A stretch of 63,418 nt of DNA, counting the filler, from Octopus bimaculoides (Eukaryota): assembly GCF_001194135.2 (NCBI RefSeq). It is 5 parts of 3 records of this genome, joined end to end, with 100 filler letters (N's around TTAATTAATTAA, not from the genome) between each part and the next. Parts side by side here need not be neighbours in the genome. Positions count along the whole stretch, not along the records: positions 1 to 15,081 come from NC_068983.1; positions 15,182 to 42,819 come from NC_068982.1; 3 more parts are not named here. One strand, given 5' to 3'. The number at the start of each line of letters is the position of its first letter. Position 1 is the stretch's first letter. The translations under genes and the position numbers were made by a program. This document shows positions 13,418-25,939 of this stretch, piece after piece. The notes under the pieces were generated by a model. That model was not told where the DNA came from, made no database searches, and worked only from the letters and a program-made list of their open reading frames with translations.

Positions 13418-13553
13418 CTAATCTATCTAACTATCTATCTCTCATATAACCTATTTATATATCTATCTCATATAATCTATCTATCTATATATCTCTCATC
13501 TAATCTATCTTATCTAATCTATCTATCTAATCTCTCTATCTGCCCATCTTTCC

Positions 13554-13585
<32 letters not shown>

Positions 13586-13593
13586 GTCTGTCC

Positions 13594-13625
<32 letters not shown>

Positions 13626-13763
13626 GTGTATCTGTGAATATACGGGTACACACACACACACACACACACATATATATGTACACACACACACATATAGCTA
13701 TAAACACATACATATATATATATATATACATACATACATACATTTATGTCACTCTTTATCTAT

Positions 13764-13796
<33 letters not shown>

Positions 13797-14199
13797 CAGA
13801 TAGATAAAAAGACAGACAGACAGACACAGATAATATTTTGGTTTGATTTTATTGACTTTTCCAGACTCGTACGAGTCATTCCAATAACACCTTGTGATTA
13901 TATTTCGATTACCATCAATCGTATGTTCACAGCAAACATCACCAATACTGCATCAGCAGCAGCAGCAACAACATCACCGTGACAGTAACGACAGTAACAA
14001 CATCGGCAACAACAAACAATGTTCTGATCACCGCTATAACATCTACAAACACCAATGTTAACACGCTTACGCACAGAATTTCATTTCACAATCATTTTGC
14101 CTTACATCAACCAATGCCGTTTTCTAAAACCGCTCTATACTGTCTACATCCATATACGTGCATTTGCGTGTGTCTATAGATAACTACACACACACGCAT

Positions 14200-14243
<44 letters not shown>

Positions 14244-14367
14244 CACACATTAACGTTTGTTGCCCTCTTCAACAATTTATAATTTCACACATATGTGTAT
14301 ATATTTACTTATGAATGTATATATGTACATACTCACGTATATATATTATATACAAATATACACAATT

Positions 14368-14437
<70 letters not shown>

Positions 14438-15125
14438 TATATATATATATACCCACATACATGCATGCATATATACATATATTGCATCGGCCAAATTTCC
14501 CTAAACAAAAGTACAGTCCACAATAAGTGTGTGTGTGTGTGTGTACACACACATGCATGTATACATATATTGCACCATGTAAATTTCCTTGATGAAAAGT
14601 ATAGTGCTCAATAAGTGTGTGTATGCATGTATGTATTTATGTATGTATACATACATACATGCGCGCATATATATACGCGCAGACATTAGCATCACCAATG
14701 TATGAAGTAACACATCGTCATCAATACAAGACAGTTAAAAATCAAATCAATATTTTGGCTACAGTTACGTTCCACAAGCATTCCTTGTGCGAGGAGTATT
14801 TATATGAATTTCCTACCATGCGCGATAACAGGACTGGTTATATATGTATGTATGTATATATGTATGTATGTATATATGTATGTATATATATCATATATTA
14901 TATACGTATATATATATTATGTATCATATATTATATATATATATATAGATAGATATACTTATATGTAAATATACATATGTATGTGTGTGTGTCTGTACGT
15001 CTTTGTCTGTATTTGTCCCCTACCACCGTCCGACATCTTGTGTTGGTGTGTTTACGTTCCCGAACCTGTGCAGTTGCGTGGNNNNNNNNNNNNNNNNNNN
15101 NNNNNNNNNNNNNNNNNNNNNNNNN

Positions 15126-15137
15126 TTAATTAATTAA
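15126..15137. other. Assembly gap pad TTAATTAATTAA (also 42864-42875, 51550-51561, 56769-56780)
   Basis: Identical 12-mer centred in four N runs; artificial. Confidence 0.9.
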
Positions 15138-15181
15138 NNNNNNNNNNNNNNNNNNNNNNNNNNNNNNNNNNNNNNNNNNNN

Positions 15182-16275
15182 GAGATAGGCCTATAGTTTT
15201 TGGCATCTGCTCTGCTTCCCCCTTAATGGATTGGACATATTATTCCCTCCTTCAGCTTGCTTGGCAGTCTGCCGTTTGCGAGAAAGCTCTGGAAGAGGAT
15301 TTGGAGGGGTTTTGCCAGGGCATGCTTACACGATTTAAGGAGGATTGCTGGGAAACTATCAGGGCCAGCAGTTGAGTTTGTGTCCACTTCATGTATAGCT
15401 AGTAGTACATCTTCTTCGCTAATGTTGATGTATTCCATCGTAACTGCCTCACTAATTATAGAGGAGGTAGCACAGAAGTCCACTGGTTTGTTCACTTGTC
15501 TGTGCTCCAATGGAGTGGTGAAGACACTTTTGAACTGCTCATTCAGTACCTCACTGATCTTAGTTGGACTGTCTGTGAGAGAGCCAGCTTTTTCGAAGAG
15601 GTGTCCAATCTTGCAGCGTACTGAGCCTGTTTCTTTTGCGTAATGAAAGAAGGCCTTTGGGTTTGACTTAATGTTTNNNNNNNNNNAATGTTATTCGCTC
15701 TAGTTGGTCTGAGAACAGCTTGCTCCATGAATAGGGAATTGGGATGATTGAGCAGGCATTCCACCTGTGTTTGCTTGTGATAAGTCATTCCTGAGAGTAT
15801 GAGACCTTCGGGCCATTTGATGTTGGGGAAGTTGAAATCACCGATAAGAAATATGGTCACATGGTGTTCCAGTTTCATGAGGATTTCTTTAATTCTAGTG
15901 TGGCAATCTTCAAATTTGCCTATGTGGTTTGGAGCATCCGGAAGGCAATATGTATTGCATATGACTATATTATGTTGTCTTATGTATACAATTAGGGTGT
16001 TGCATACCGAATTTGAGTATGATAGTAAGACCTGGGGTGTGAGTTCATCTTGGATGTATACAGGAACTCCACCATGGCTCCTTTCCCTTCTGTCTGTTCG
16101 GAGTATGACATATTTTGGTACGTGTATTTCTGCGTCCTTTATATCAGGGCTGAGGTGAGTTTCCACGAGTGCTCTGCATAGGGCTTGATTGCATGCAGCA
16201 AGGTCTCTCAGGAAAGAAATTTTGCTTTTATTATTATAATGCAACAGGCCCCCAATATTTAGTAAAAATATTGGC
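15182..16275 (-). mobile_element. CR1-like LINE ORF2 5' part (APE endonuclease and pre-RT region), decayed
   Basis: LNIGGL..LVETHL..RTDR...HGGV..IGDFNFPNIKW..PTRANNI; later GPDSFPAILLK..LKEGIICPIH..NYRPIS. Confidence 0.9.
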
Positions 16276-17278
16276 GTGATGCCTGTGCAGGCATTAATAG
16301 AACTAACTCCAACCCTAATCCAACACCCCTTACTAGGAGGGACGCACACCAAAAAAAACAATAGGGTCACACAACACACAGACATAGACACCCCTTACAA
16401 CCTATGTGGCTGTAGAGATAGGAATAAATGTAATTTCTCCAATAGATGCAAGACCAATAATATAGTTTACCAATGTGATGTACAAACAAACAGCCACACT
16501 AGATCTTACATAGGTGCGACGAAAAACCAAATACGCCTCAGATATAATGAGCACCTATCCAGTTTTAAAAACAGAAATAAGGCAAATTCAACAGGGCTTA
16601 GTACGTATATCTGGGAACTAAACGACAATAAGATAGAATATAAACTAAAGTGGCACATACTAAAAGTAGCTAATTCCTATAACCCAACTAACAGACGCTG
16701 TCACCTCTGTTTAACCGAGCGCCTCAAGATCCTAACGGTTAAGAATGACCTATTAAACAGGAGATATGAATCTAGCCTAATCTGTCTTCACGCTACTAAA
16801 TACTCATTCTCTAAGTATAATTAAATATATAATACATTACACTTCCTAAGTAAAACTAAATATGCATAAAAGAATTTTCCTTCTAAGTATAATTAATTAT
16901 AATTAGATACGAATAAGACCACAGTTAGCCCCCTTTTCACCTAAATTTAGGGCTGCTTCCCTGTACTAACACCACCAGTGCTATAAATATATGACGCATC
17001 CCTCAAACATAAAATCACGTGGGGATGCATTTGATTAAAATCGGAATAATGAGCTTAAATAGCACCCATCCTACATCCCCTTACAGGAAGACCAACACAA
17101 CTTCAACTAAAACGTAAGGCTTTCTTTACCTATCACTATTAGTATACCACCATATACATTAATATATCCACTAATCACTTCTCCTACACCTCTCACACCA
17201 TGAACTCTTAACATACACCTCAACATTTTGAAGAGATCTGCCAAACCATTGGCCAGATTGAAACGTGCGTAAATGACT
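16276..17278 (+). mobile_element. Penelope-like element 3' fragment (GIY-YIG endonuclease plus 3' UTR with HHR), Naiad-like
   Basis: CGCRDRNKC (CxCx5C)..NIVYQC..SYIGAT..RYNEHLSSF..STGLSTYIWEL..KWHIL..CHLCLTE..LLNRR..CLH. Confidence 0.85.
17224..17275 (+). ncRNA. Type I hammerhead ribozyme at the PLE 3' end (C3 to U variant)
   Basis: catt-TTGAAGA-gatctgccaa/ttggccagatt-GAAA-CGTGCG-TA-aatg. Confidence 0.7.
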
Positions 17279-17379
17279 NNNNNNNNNNNNNNNNNNNNNN
17301 NNNNNNNNNNNNNNNNNNNNNNNNNNNNNNNNNNNNNNNNNNNNNNNNNNNNNNNNNNNNNNNNNNNNNNNNNNNNNNC

Positions 17380-17832
17380 TGTGTGGCTGAGGGCATGTCG
17401 GAGAGGGCCATTATGAACAGTAGTGGTCACAAAAACAGTGCCTTGCGGAACACTGCTCACTATTTGCGTGTCATTTGAGGTGGCCCCATTGGCTACTACC
17501 ACCTGACTTCTATCCTTCAGAAAGTCATGAAGCCATTCTCCCAATTTTCCAACTATGCAGAGATCATGCAGTTTGTGACATATCATTCCATGATGAACTT
17601 TATCAAAGGCCTTTGCAAAGTCGAGATATATCACTTCCACATTTGAGTGGTTAAGTAGCTGTTTCAGCACCCAGTCATAGTGTTGTAAGAGGTGAGTCAG
17701 GCAGCTTCTTCCTGGTCGGAAACCATGTTGGGTGTCAGGCAGCAAGTCATTTTCTTCAAGGAAGGCGATTAGTTTTCTTCTGACTATTCGTTCCATGACC
17801 TTGCTGATGTGCAAGGTCAGAGAGATAGGTCT
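17380..17832 (-). mobile_element. CR1-like LINE RT fragment
   Basis: YRPISLTLHISKVMERIV..QHGFRPGRSCLT..YLDFAKAFDKV..SVPQGTV. Confidence 0.9.
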
Positions 17833-17896
17833 GTATGAAGAAAGAAAAAAGATAAAGAGTCCAATGGCAAATTTAGAATTATATTTTATGTATAAA

Positions 17897-17945
17897 GTCT
17901 TACAGCTGTTTCAGGGAAAATCCAATGTATCCCTTCATCGGATAC
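17897..17945 (-). ncRNA. Type I HHR in the PLE 3' repeat (U4C, one stem I mismatch)
   Basis: gtat-CCGATGA-aggga..tccct-GAAA-CAGCTG-TA-agac on the minus strand. Confidence 0.7.
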
Positions 17946-20183
17946 GGTAATAGTAGAAGAATGGATTATTACATCTATAAGAGGAGATTTGTAGTAAGAA
18001 GTGAGAGCGATGCGTAGAAGAAAGAACAAAGAAGGAAAAGTACTTGGAGTATAGTTCCATTCCAACAGTAAACATCCATGTGAAGAATCCTTGTGGGTAT
18101 TTTCCAGAGATAATTGTAGTTGCAAAGGTAGATATATATCATATTGTATCCAGTGTACTCTGTGCGTTGTTTACTCAAAGGATAGCCCAAATCGAGGGAG
18201 AGATGTGTGTAGGATTAAGAGGTCAAGCCTTAAGATCAGAAGGAAGTGGGGAAGAAGTAATTCAAGTGAGAAATATAGTTGGTAGTAGTAAGCAGTCGTA
18301 AGGTCAGTTATACTGACAAGAAGAAAGGAAGAAAGAGAGGGAGCAACAAGAAGAATATGGGGTTGGAAGTATAAGTTTAGTAAAGAAATGTAGAGAGAAG
18401 GAATGTGGAGAAGTATTTATAATTGTGTACAGTGTCAGGCTATGAAGGAACCTGTAAGTGGTGATGGTGTTTGTGGCTTTCGAAGTAAAGTATAATAAGA
18501 GAACAGAGTTAGTAGTGATATATTCTAAAAATAGAGTTAAACCTATTCTAAAGATGGTAGAAGGGGGACCAGTTTGTTAACTCGAGTTTGTTGGGGTTAC
18601 CTATAGGGAGTTGTGGGAGTACGTTGTGTGGTCATCTGTGCATTTGTGTCTGTGATAGAATTTGAATGTATGGAAAAAACGGTGATTACAGGTGCTAAGT
18701 GCCTCATTATATCGATTGAGTGGGAGAATTGTATTTTAAAATATGGAACGCCTCCTTTAAGCAAAGCTTGCAATTAGAGCGCTGGCCCTGGTATGGAATT
18801 CCAGAGTCCAGAATGGACCATTTTAAAGTATACTGGGTATTTGTGTTTTTGAGGTGGTGAATGTGGTTGGCTAGTGTTGTAGATTTGCTGTGTTTGTCAT
18901 ATCTACAAGAGTGAAGGTGGGCTGCATAGCATTGCTTGAAATTTTTAGTTGAACCTATGTATGTAGCTCTGGAGTTATGTAGCAGATTGGTTACAGTGCA
19001 TTTATATATTACATTATATCTTACGTGTTTGTAGTAGGCAGATTGTCCCGGAGCGACAGTTACAAATAGATGAAACTTGGGGGTTGTGTTCTGTAGTGGA
19101 TGAGGCAACATTGTTGGAGGATATGTTGTGTGAGGATGTATAAGGATCTAGATCAATGAAATCATTACTGTTATAGTTATTATTCCCTCCATTGTTATTA
19201 TTATAGGATATAGTAGTATTATTTCCAGGTATACTAGTGGGCTGGGATCTATTATGGTCGTGTTCAAGTGTACGAGTGTCAGTGTTAGAAGTAAGCATAT
19301 GAACGTCGATGTTGGGTATATGCATGCGCTCAGTGCTAGTATTACCATAGTTATAGTTGTGTGAGTTTTGATAGTAGAGTGAGAGTTAATGTTTATTAGA
19401 AGTTGCTATAATAGATTCGAAACTAGGTGTAGTTGAATAAGACAATTTCAAAGTGGATCTGTTAAATATAGAATGGTATTTATGTTGTTGGGGGAAGTTA
19501 GAGTCAAGTATTTTGAAGAAAGAATTAGCTAAGTTCCTAGTGTTAAGTGAGAATGGGGGGGTATACCACTGTATAAAGCGGCCACCGCTTTTTTGGGGGG
19601 TTCTGTGTACGTTGTAATCTAAGTATTTAGGTGGAGAAGAGTTGTTCACATTTTTGGTGTTGCTAATTGCTTTATTTATCTTAGATTTAGCCCTAGTGTT
19701 ATAAGTGTGTTTGTGGGGTCTGTTGGGAAATGTGGGTGGTTGGTTGCGGTTGTGATGATTGGTATGTCTTTGGGATGTGATTTGGGATATAAATTGTTTA
19801 AGACTGGTGTTATGGATGTATTTTATTTGTTGGGAGAAACCACTAGCGGCGAGAGCTTGATTGTAGTATGGAGCTTGATTGTTGAAGATTTCTTCAGAAG
19901 AGGAGAGATCAGATATGTGGGTTGAAATACCCATGACTATGTTATTGAAAATAGATATGTGGTGATTAAAGTGAACGTTGAGGTATTTCAGGTATTGGTT
20001 AGGTTTATGATAGGGTTAGTATTGTGAGTTTGACAAGTTTAGAGTAACGTGTAGAAAGTTAGCCATTTTATATGCGTTTTCAAATGTGATGGATAGATTT
20101 AGATTAGAGAAGAATTTGTGTAGATCCTTTCTTACTACAAACCTCCTCTTATAGATGTAATAATCCATTCTTCTACTATTACC

Positions 20184-20232
20184 GTCTCTGATGAAGGGAT
20201 ACATTGGATTTTCCCTGAAACAGCTGTAAGAC
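20184..20232 (+). ncRNA. Canonical minimal type I hammerhead ribozyme
   Basis: gtct-CTGATGA-aggga..tccct-GAAA-CAGCTG-TA-agac. All core nucleotides present; palindromic stem III; predicted cut after A20228. Confidence 0.9.
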
Positions 20233-20437
20233 TTTATACATAAAATATAATTCTAAGTTTGCCATTGGACTCTTTATCCTTTTCTTTCTTTATACATACA
20301 CACGCTAATACACGACCTATGTTATATTCCCCACTCATGTTGCTACAACAAACAGGGGCAAAACTAGTTGGTATACAGAACTTACTCAGTATTGCCTGTA
20401 TCTTTAGGGTTTGGTTGACTCCAGTACCCTTCATAAC

Positions 20438-20440
<3 letters not shown>

Positions 20441-20477
<37 letters not shown>

Positions 20478-20773
20478 GTATATATATATATNNNNNNNNN
20501 NNNNNNNNNNNNNNNNNNNNNNNNNNNNNNNNNNNNNNNNNNNNNNNNNNNNNNNNNNNNNNNNNNNNNNNNNNNNNNNNNNNNNNNNNNNNNNNNNNNN
20601 NNNNNNNNNNNNNNNNNNNNNNNNNNNNNNNNNNNNNNNNNNNNNNNNNNNNNNNNNNNNNNNNNNNNNNNNNNNNNNNNNNNNNNNNNNNNNNNNNNNN
20701 NNNNNNNNNNNNNNNNNNNNNNNNNNNNNNNNNNNNNNNNNNNNNNNNNNNNNNNNNNNNNNNNTACATATAC

Positions 20774-20807
<34 letters not shown>

Positions 20808-20862
20808 GTATATGTATATATATATACATATGTATATGTATATGTATATATATATACATATG

Positions 20863-20905
<43 letters not shown>

Positions 20906-21163
20906 ATATGTATGTATATATGTATGTATATGTATATATACATATGTATGTATATGTATATATATGTATGTATGTATATATGTATGTATATATGTATGTA
21001 TATGTATATATACATATGTATGTATATGTATATATACATATGTATATATATATATGTATATATACATATGTATATATATATATGTATATATGTATGTATA
21101 TATATGGATATATATTTGTATATATATGTATGTATATGTATGTATATGTATGTATATATATGG

Positions 21164-21224
<61 letters not shown>

Positions 21225-21235
21225 CGTATATATAT
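20441..21235. repeat. (TA)n/(TATG)n/(TG)n tract with gap
   Basis: Directly visible. Confidence 0.95.
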
Positions 21236-21239
21236 ATGT

Positions 21240-22850
21240 GCCAAAAAGAAAGGTCAGCAAACATGCCAATAGAATTCCCATTAGCAGGAATATCTTTATG
21301 AGACACAGAACAAAGGTCTCAAACCAGTTAAATAAAGAACTGGAGGATAGGAAAAGGGCTAAATTAAAACTAATACTGTTAGAAATAGAAAACAAAATCA
21401 AACTCTCCCATGAAATGGAGAGAGCAGTAGAAAGTATAAAAACAAACCCCACGGCTTTGTATAGATTTGCAAAAGAGGCTACCATGGCACAGTATAAAAT
21501 AGGACCCCTATTCCTGCCTAATGGCTCACTGACTGCAGACCCCACATTGGATGAGTGAAGTGCTCACTTCTTCTCTGAGTCACATGCAGATAAAGAACCC
21601 AGCTGATTTCTTTGACAATATCACTAAGCAGAAAAAGACTGCATCCATTACCTACATTGACATTGAAGAGGCAGTTGTAATAGCTGCCATAAACGAAATG
21701 AGCTCAAATTCAGCAACTGGCCCTGATGGTTTCCCAGCTGTCCTAAAGTCATGTAAACAAGAATTAGCAAGACCACTACAGGTACTCTTCCAGAGTTTCC
21801 TTGCAAGTGGTAAACTTCCCAAAAAGCTGAAGGAAGGCATCATGTGTCCTATCCATAAAGGTGGAAGCAGTGCAGAGGCTGGGAAATACAGGCCCATCTC
21901 TCTAACTTCACATATTAGCAAAGTCATGGAACAAATTGTCAGAAGGAGGCTGATTACGTTCCTAGAAGAAAATGACTTGCTGAATGAGACCCAGCTTGGT
22001 TTCTGTCCAGGTAGAAGCTGCCTCACGCAGCTCTTGCAGCATTATGACTGGGTCCTGAAGCAGCTACTTGACTATTCAAATGTTGATGTTATATATCTCG
22101 ACTTTGCAAAGGCCTTTGACAAAGTTGATCATGGCATGATATGTCACAAGCTGCGAGACCTTGGCATAGCTGGTAAATTAGGAGAGTGGCTGCGTGATTT
22201 CCGGGATGGTAGAAGTCAGACAGTTGCAGCCAATGGAAAATTATCAAGGGAAACACAAATATTGAGCGGTGTTCCACAAGAAACTGTCCTGGGACCACCA
22301 CTGTTCATAGTGTCCCTTTGGACATGCCCACGGTCACTCGAACAGCTATTGTCACTAGCTACGCTGATGACACAAAACTATCTCAGGCAATAAAGAATCC
22401 TGATGATGCATAAGCCTGCAGAATGACCTAAATGCAATATACAAGTGGGCAGAGCAAAATAATATGCGGTTCAATGCTAAAACCTTTCAAGCACTGCACT
22501 ACAAGGCCACAAGTGCCCCCCCCCCAACTGGCATACACAGGACCTGGAGGTACTGCAATCCCAGATCCACAAACAGTGAGAGACCTGGGCATCAGTATGT
22601 GTAGTGACGCATCATTTCACATGCACATTGTCAAGTTGACAGCAAAGTGCAGACAACTAGCAGGGTGAATACTGAGGACATTCAGAACTAGGGATCAAAA
22701 AGTCATGTTGACCCTATGGAAAACATTTATTCTGAGCTGCCTAGATTATTGCTCTCTGTTGTGGTCACCACACAGTGTCAAGCTAACAACAGAACTCGAG
22801 GCAATTCAGCGTCACTATACAAAAAAGATTGCCACAGTCCAGCAGAGACA
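21240..22850 (+). mobile_element. CR1-like LINE ORF2 (RT), decayed
   Basis: GPDGFPAVLK..YRPISLTSHISKVME..LGFCPGRSCLT..YLDFAKAFDKV..GVPQETVLGP..YADDTKL, with frameshifts and stops. Confidence 0.9.
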
Positions 22851-22899
22851 CCAAGAAGTATTATATGTGTTTGCATATATCACCTGTAAAATATTGTTA

Positions 22900-24130
22900 A
22901 ATATCAGGTAGATTGGCAATTAACATAAAACATTATTAACATAAGTGGAAGGGGTTTTTGTTAAGTACGTATTATGTAAATAAATGAATTACAAAAAAGA
23001 TAGGAATATTATGTACTAAGGGAAGATATAGAAATGAATTGAGAGAAAGGGAGATTTGGAGAAAATGTTAGCCCAATATTAGGTAGGTCATCTAATAATA
23101 GAGGGGAGAGTTAAACAATAAATATATATCAATGTAGTGTGAGGTAAACTGATGTGCAGAGGATGTGATTTTTAATAATCCAATTCCAGAGAAAGGGTTA
23201 ATATATAGAGATATTTTGAAAAAAAATAGAGATATTAGAAAAAAAAATGTTATTAAAAATTTAAAATAAGGGTGAGGGGGGGGGGAAATATTATTTAAGA
23301 TTAATGAAAAGAAATAAGGTCATGTTTACAAGAAAAAACTTTTTCATCTCTAGTATTAATCAGATGTCCATTCATTCTCATTATATTGTAGCTTTCTTCC
23401 AAAAATAACCTACCAGTTTTGTTATCATATCTGTAAGATGGGGCAGAAGATAGGATATTGTTTCTTTTGAGTTGTCAAATTTTTTTAGAGAGACCCATGC
23501 TGTTCTTTTTTCTAGGGTCATTAAAAGAAGATCTATGATTATTTATTTATGATTTCATAGGATTTTTTGTGTAACCAATGTATATATATTTAGAGGAGTT
23601 ATAAGTAAAAATGGTAGCTTGGTATACTACTTCTTTCATTTTACAATTTCTATCTACTTCATAAGTATCTGGGTCTCTGCAATTACAATTTAAATTATTG
23701 GGTGGTACTGTGTTGTTATGTCTATATTTATTAGGGAAAATGGAGTTTTGGTTAATATCGTAATAGCATTTGTTAGCTATAGAATTATTGGAGTTGCCAG
23801 GTATATTGGATGAAGTTTTTTTTTATTATAGAATAGGTCCAGATTCTTATTGTTAAGAGAAGAGATTATTCTAAAAAGGTTTGGAGAGACTGAAAATCCA
23901 AATCTGATTATTTTGTTATTAAATATTTTTGCATATTTGGAGTTTTTAAAGTTTTTATAAATTATATTTCTAATGAATTTAATAAAATTAGATTTTAGAT
24001 GTTTGGCAAAAAGGTACTATGATCCAAATAGTATTATTGTTGTTTTCTTTATTAGAGTGATGGGTTATATTTTGGGGGTCAACTATTCTTACACATGGTA
24101 TTGGTTTCTTTTTTTCTATTTTATTTCTAA
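22900..24130 (-). mobile_element. Old Penelope-like element remnant (linker plus GIY-YIG), Naiad-like
   Basis: Minus frames: WIIVPFC..KIFNNKIIRFGFSVSPNL..CNCRDPD..NC..VVYQATI..YIYIGYT..NNHRSSF..NSMGLSK, with many stops. Confidence 0.7.
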
Positions 24131-24454
24131 TGATTCTGCCAGCTCGCTGCCTTCCAGAACAATCAGATCAATTGCATATATCAAATAAACTTTATTTTCA
24201 TTTATATATTTTCTACGTTATCTCAATAACCAGCTATAGTTATTTCAAATACATTTCTCTACAATGACCAGGTTTCATTACAAAATGAACCAAAATTATA
24301 TAAACCAAAATTATAAAGTGTTGCATTATGAGAGTGACGATGTGTTAATAATGAAAGTAATGTTTCTCTGAATTAGTCACATGTATGTTATAATAATGGA
24401 AGCTGCTTATTATCTATCTACCAAATAAACTGTTTTTGACTCAACAACTCTTTT

Positions 24455-24952
24455 TTACAACTAAAATAACCTCGGCAACTAGGTTGGATTGCAAAATTTT
24501 GAGGTCATTTTCGGACATTTTGATTTGCTTCTAATGTATCTCTTTCGTTCAATGTTTCACACATGCGTAAAATTCTACTCAGACAAACATTTATGAAAAT
24601 GTACACATAAATAGTGTATGAAAAAAATATTTGAAAAAGTTACGAATGAAGAAATTGCGGGGGTGATAGGGGGAAATAAAAATTTTGAAAACATGATTTC
24701 TGGACTAACTTGTATTAACCCTCTTTTATACAGTGAAACAATACATAGTTTCTGATCCTTCTGAAGAAAAGAAAGCACTTTCATGCAAACCCATGCAGAT
24801 TGTACCCTTGCCCTTCACTATTAAATAAAAAATAACTTCCATTATTCCATTAACATTAACAGCTGTGCCGATTCTGCTCTTAAGAAAGGAGCAAATAATA
24901 CACTGTACTTGTCAGACATAACACCCGGGCAATACTGGGATGCATTGCTAGT
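24455..24952 (+). mobile_element. Helitron-like non-autonomous remnant
   Basis: 3' end cccgggcaatactggg hairpin followed by CTAG(T), the Helitron terminal signature. 5' boundary uncertain. Confidence 0.4.
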
Positions 24953-24989
24953 ATACATATATGTATGTACATATGTATATATGTATGAG

Positions 24990-25220
24990 TGAAAGCACAT
25001 GGCTCAGTGGTTAAAGTGTGGAGTTTACGATTGTGAAGTTGTGAGGTTGATTCCTAGACCGAGCTGCATGTTGTGTTCTTGAGTAAGACACTTTATTTCA
25101 TGTTGCTCCAGTTCACTCAGCTGTAGAAATGAGTTATGACGTCACTGGTGCCAAGCTGTATTAGCCTTTACCTTTCCCTTGAATAAGATCGGTGGCATGG
25201 AGAGGGGAAGCTGGTATGCA
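24990..25220 (+). mobile_element. Second tRNA-derived SINE family, 5' part, CpG-decayed
   Basis: tggctcagtggtta (A box)..ggttgattcctagacc (B-box-like)..cttgagtaagacacttta..cagctgtagaaatgag. Confidence 0.7.
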
Positions 25221-25221
25221 T

Positions 25222-25833
25222 GGGCTATAATTCTTACCTTCAGTTCATCTCTGGTGTTACAAAGAGTTTTGTTAGTCTCTCTCTCAACTGCACCCGAGTT
25301 GCTGTGTGGAAAGTTGGATGGCTAGATGTTAGTGGGTGATGTGGTTGCAGAAATTGTCTGATTTGGCTCTCCTGTTTGTGTGGCATGGTGCAGAGTCCTG
25401 TTGCCAGACAGAGGGTCTTCCAGCAGCCACCCTCTTGACCCAGGACAGCACTACCTCCTCCAGGCACTTGATGTAGGCCTTTGTGTTGAGTCAGAGGCCG
25501 TGTGGGAAGATGAATGGAGGTATAATGTCGCCATCACTAGTGCTCAGTCCAAACACTATGATGTTAACTGGATGTTTGATTTTTATCACTCTTGGTACAT
25601 ATCCTCAGATTGACACCCAAACACTCTGAAATGTTTGTATTTCCAGTGCAAATGCCAAGCAGTGCAGCATGTTGTTTATAAATTTCTGGCATAGTGAATT
25701 GCATCATGATGCTGTTTTTCTCACAGACAGTGCCAAACTGATCTTAGTATGCTATGTAGTTGACAAAATGAAAAACAAGCAATACGCATGCTCGAAATAA
25801 AAACAATGGTGACAATTTACCCATTGCACCCTG
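25222..25833 (-). mobile_element. Tc1/mariner (maT/DD37D-like) deletion derivative, one TIR
   Basis: YIKCLEEVVLSWVKRVAAGRPSVWQQDSAPCH; terminal repeat cagggtgcaatgggtaaattgtc next to TA at 25834. Confidence 0.75.
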
Positions 25834-25869
25834 TATATTTATGTATATACATACACATATGTATATATG

Positions 25870-25936
<67 letters not shown>

Positions 25937-25939
25937 ATA

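Larger units (their letters stand above)
17833..20440 (-). mobile_element. 5'-truncated Penelope-like element (RT thumb to GIY-YIG, Naiad-like) with an inverted copy of its 3' terminal repeat
   Basis: Minus frames: NFLHVTLNL, SDLSSSEEIF, WYTPPFS, KLSYSTTP, CNCRSGTIC, VIYKC..YIGST..CKLCLKE. About 17833-18000 is the reverse complement of about 20125-20297. Confidence 0.9.

Noticed and set aside
13930-14100. Thr-rich ORF 13979-14179
   Set aside because: Degenerate CAA/CAG trinucleotide tract with no splice context.
16380-23760. Selenoprotein-type Naiad (in-frame TGA replacing conserved Cys)
   Set aside because: The conserved Cys positions I could read in the three Naiad-like fragments are TGT/TGC or plain substitutions; no TGA at those sites.
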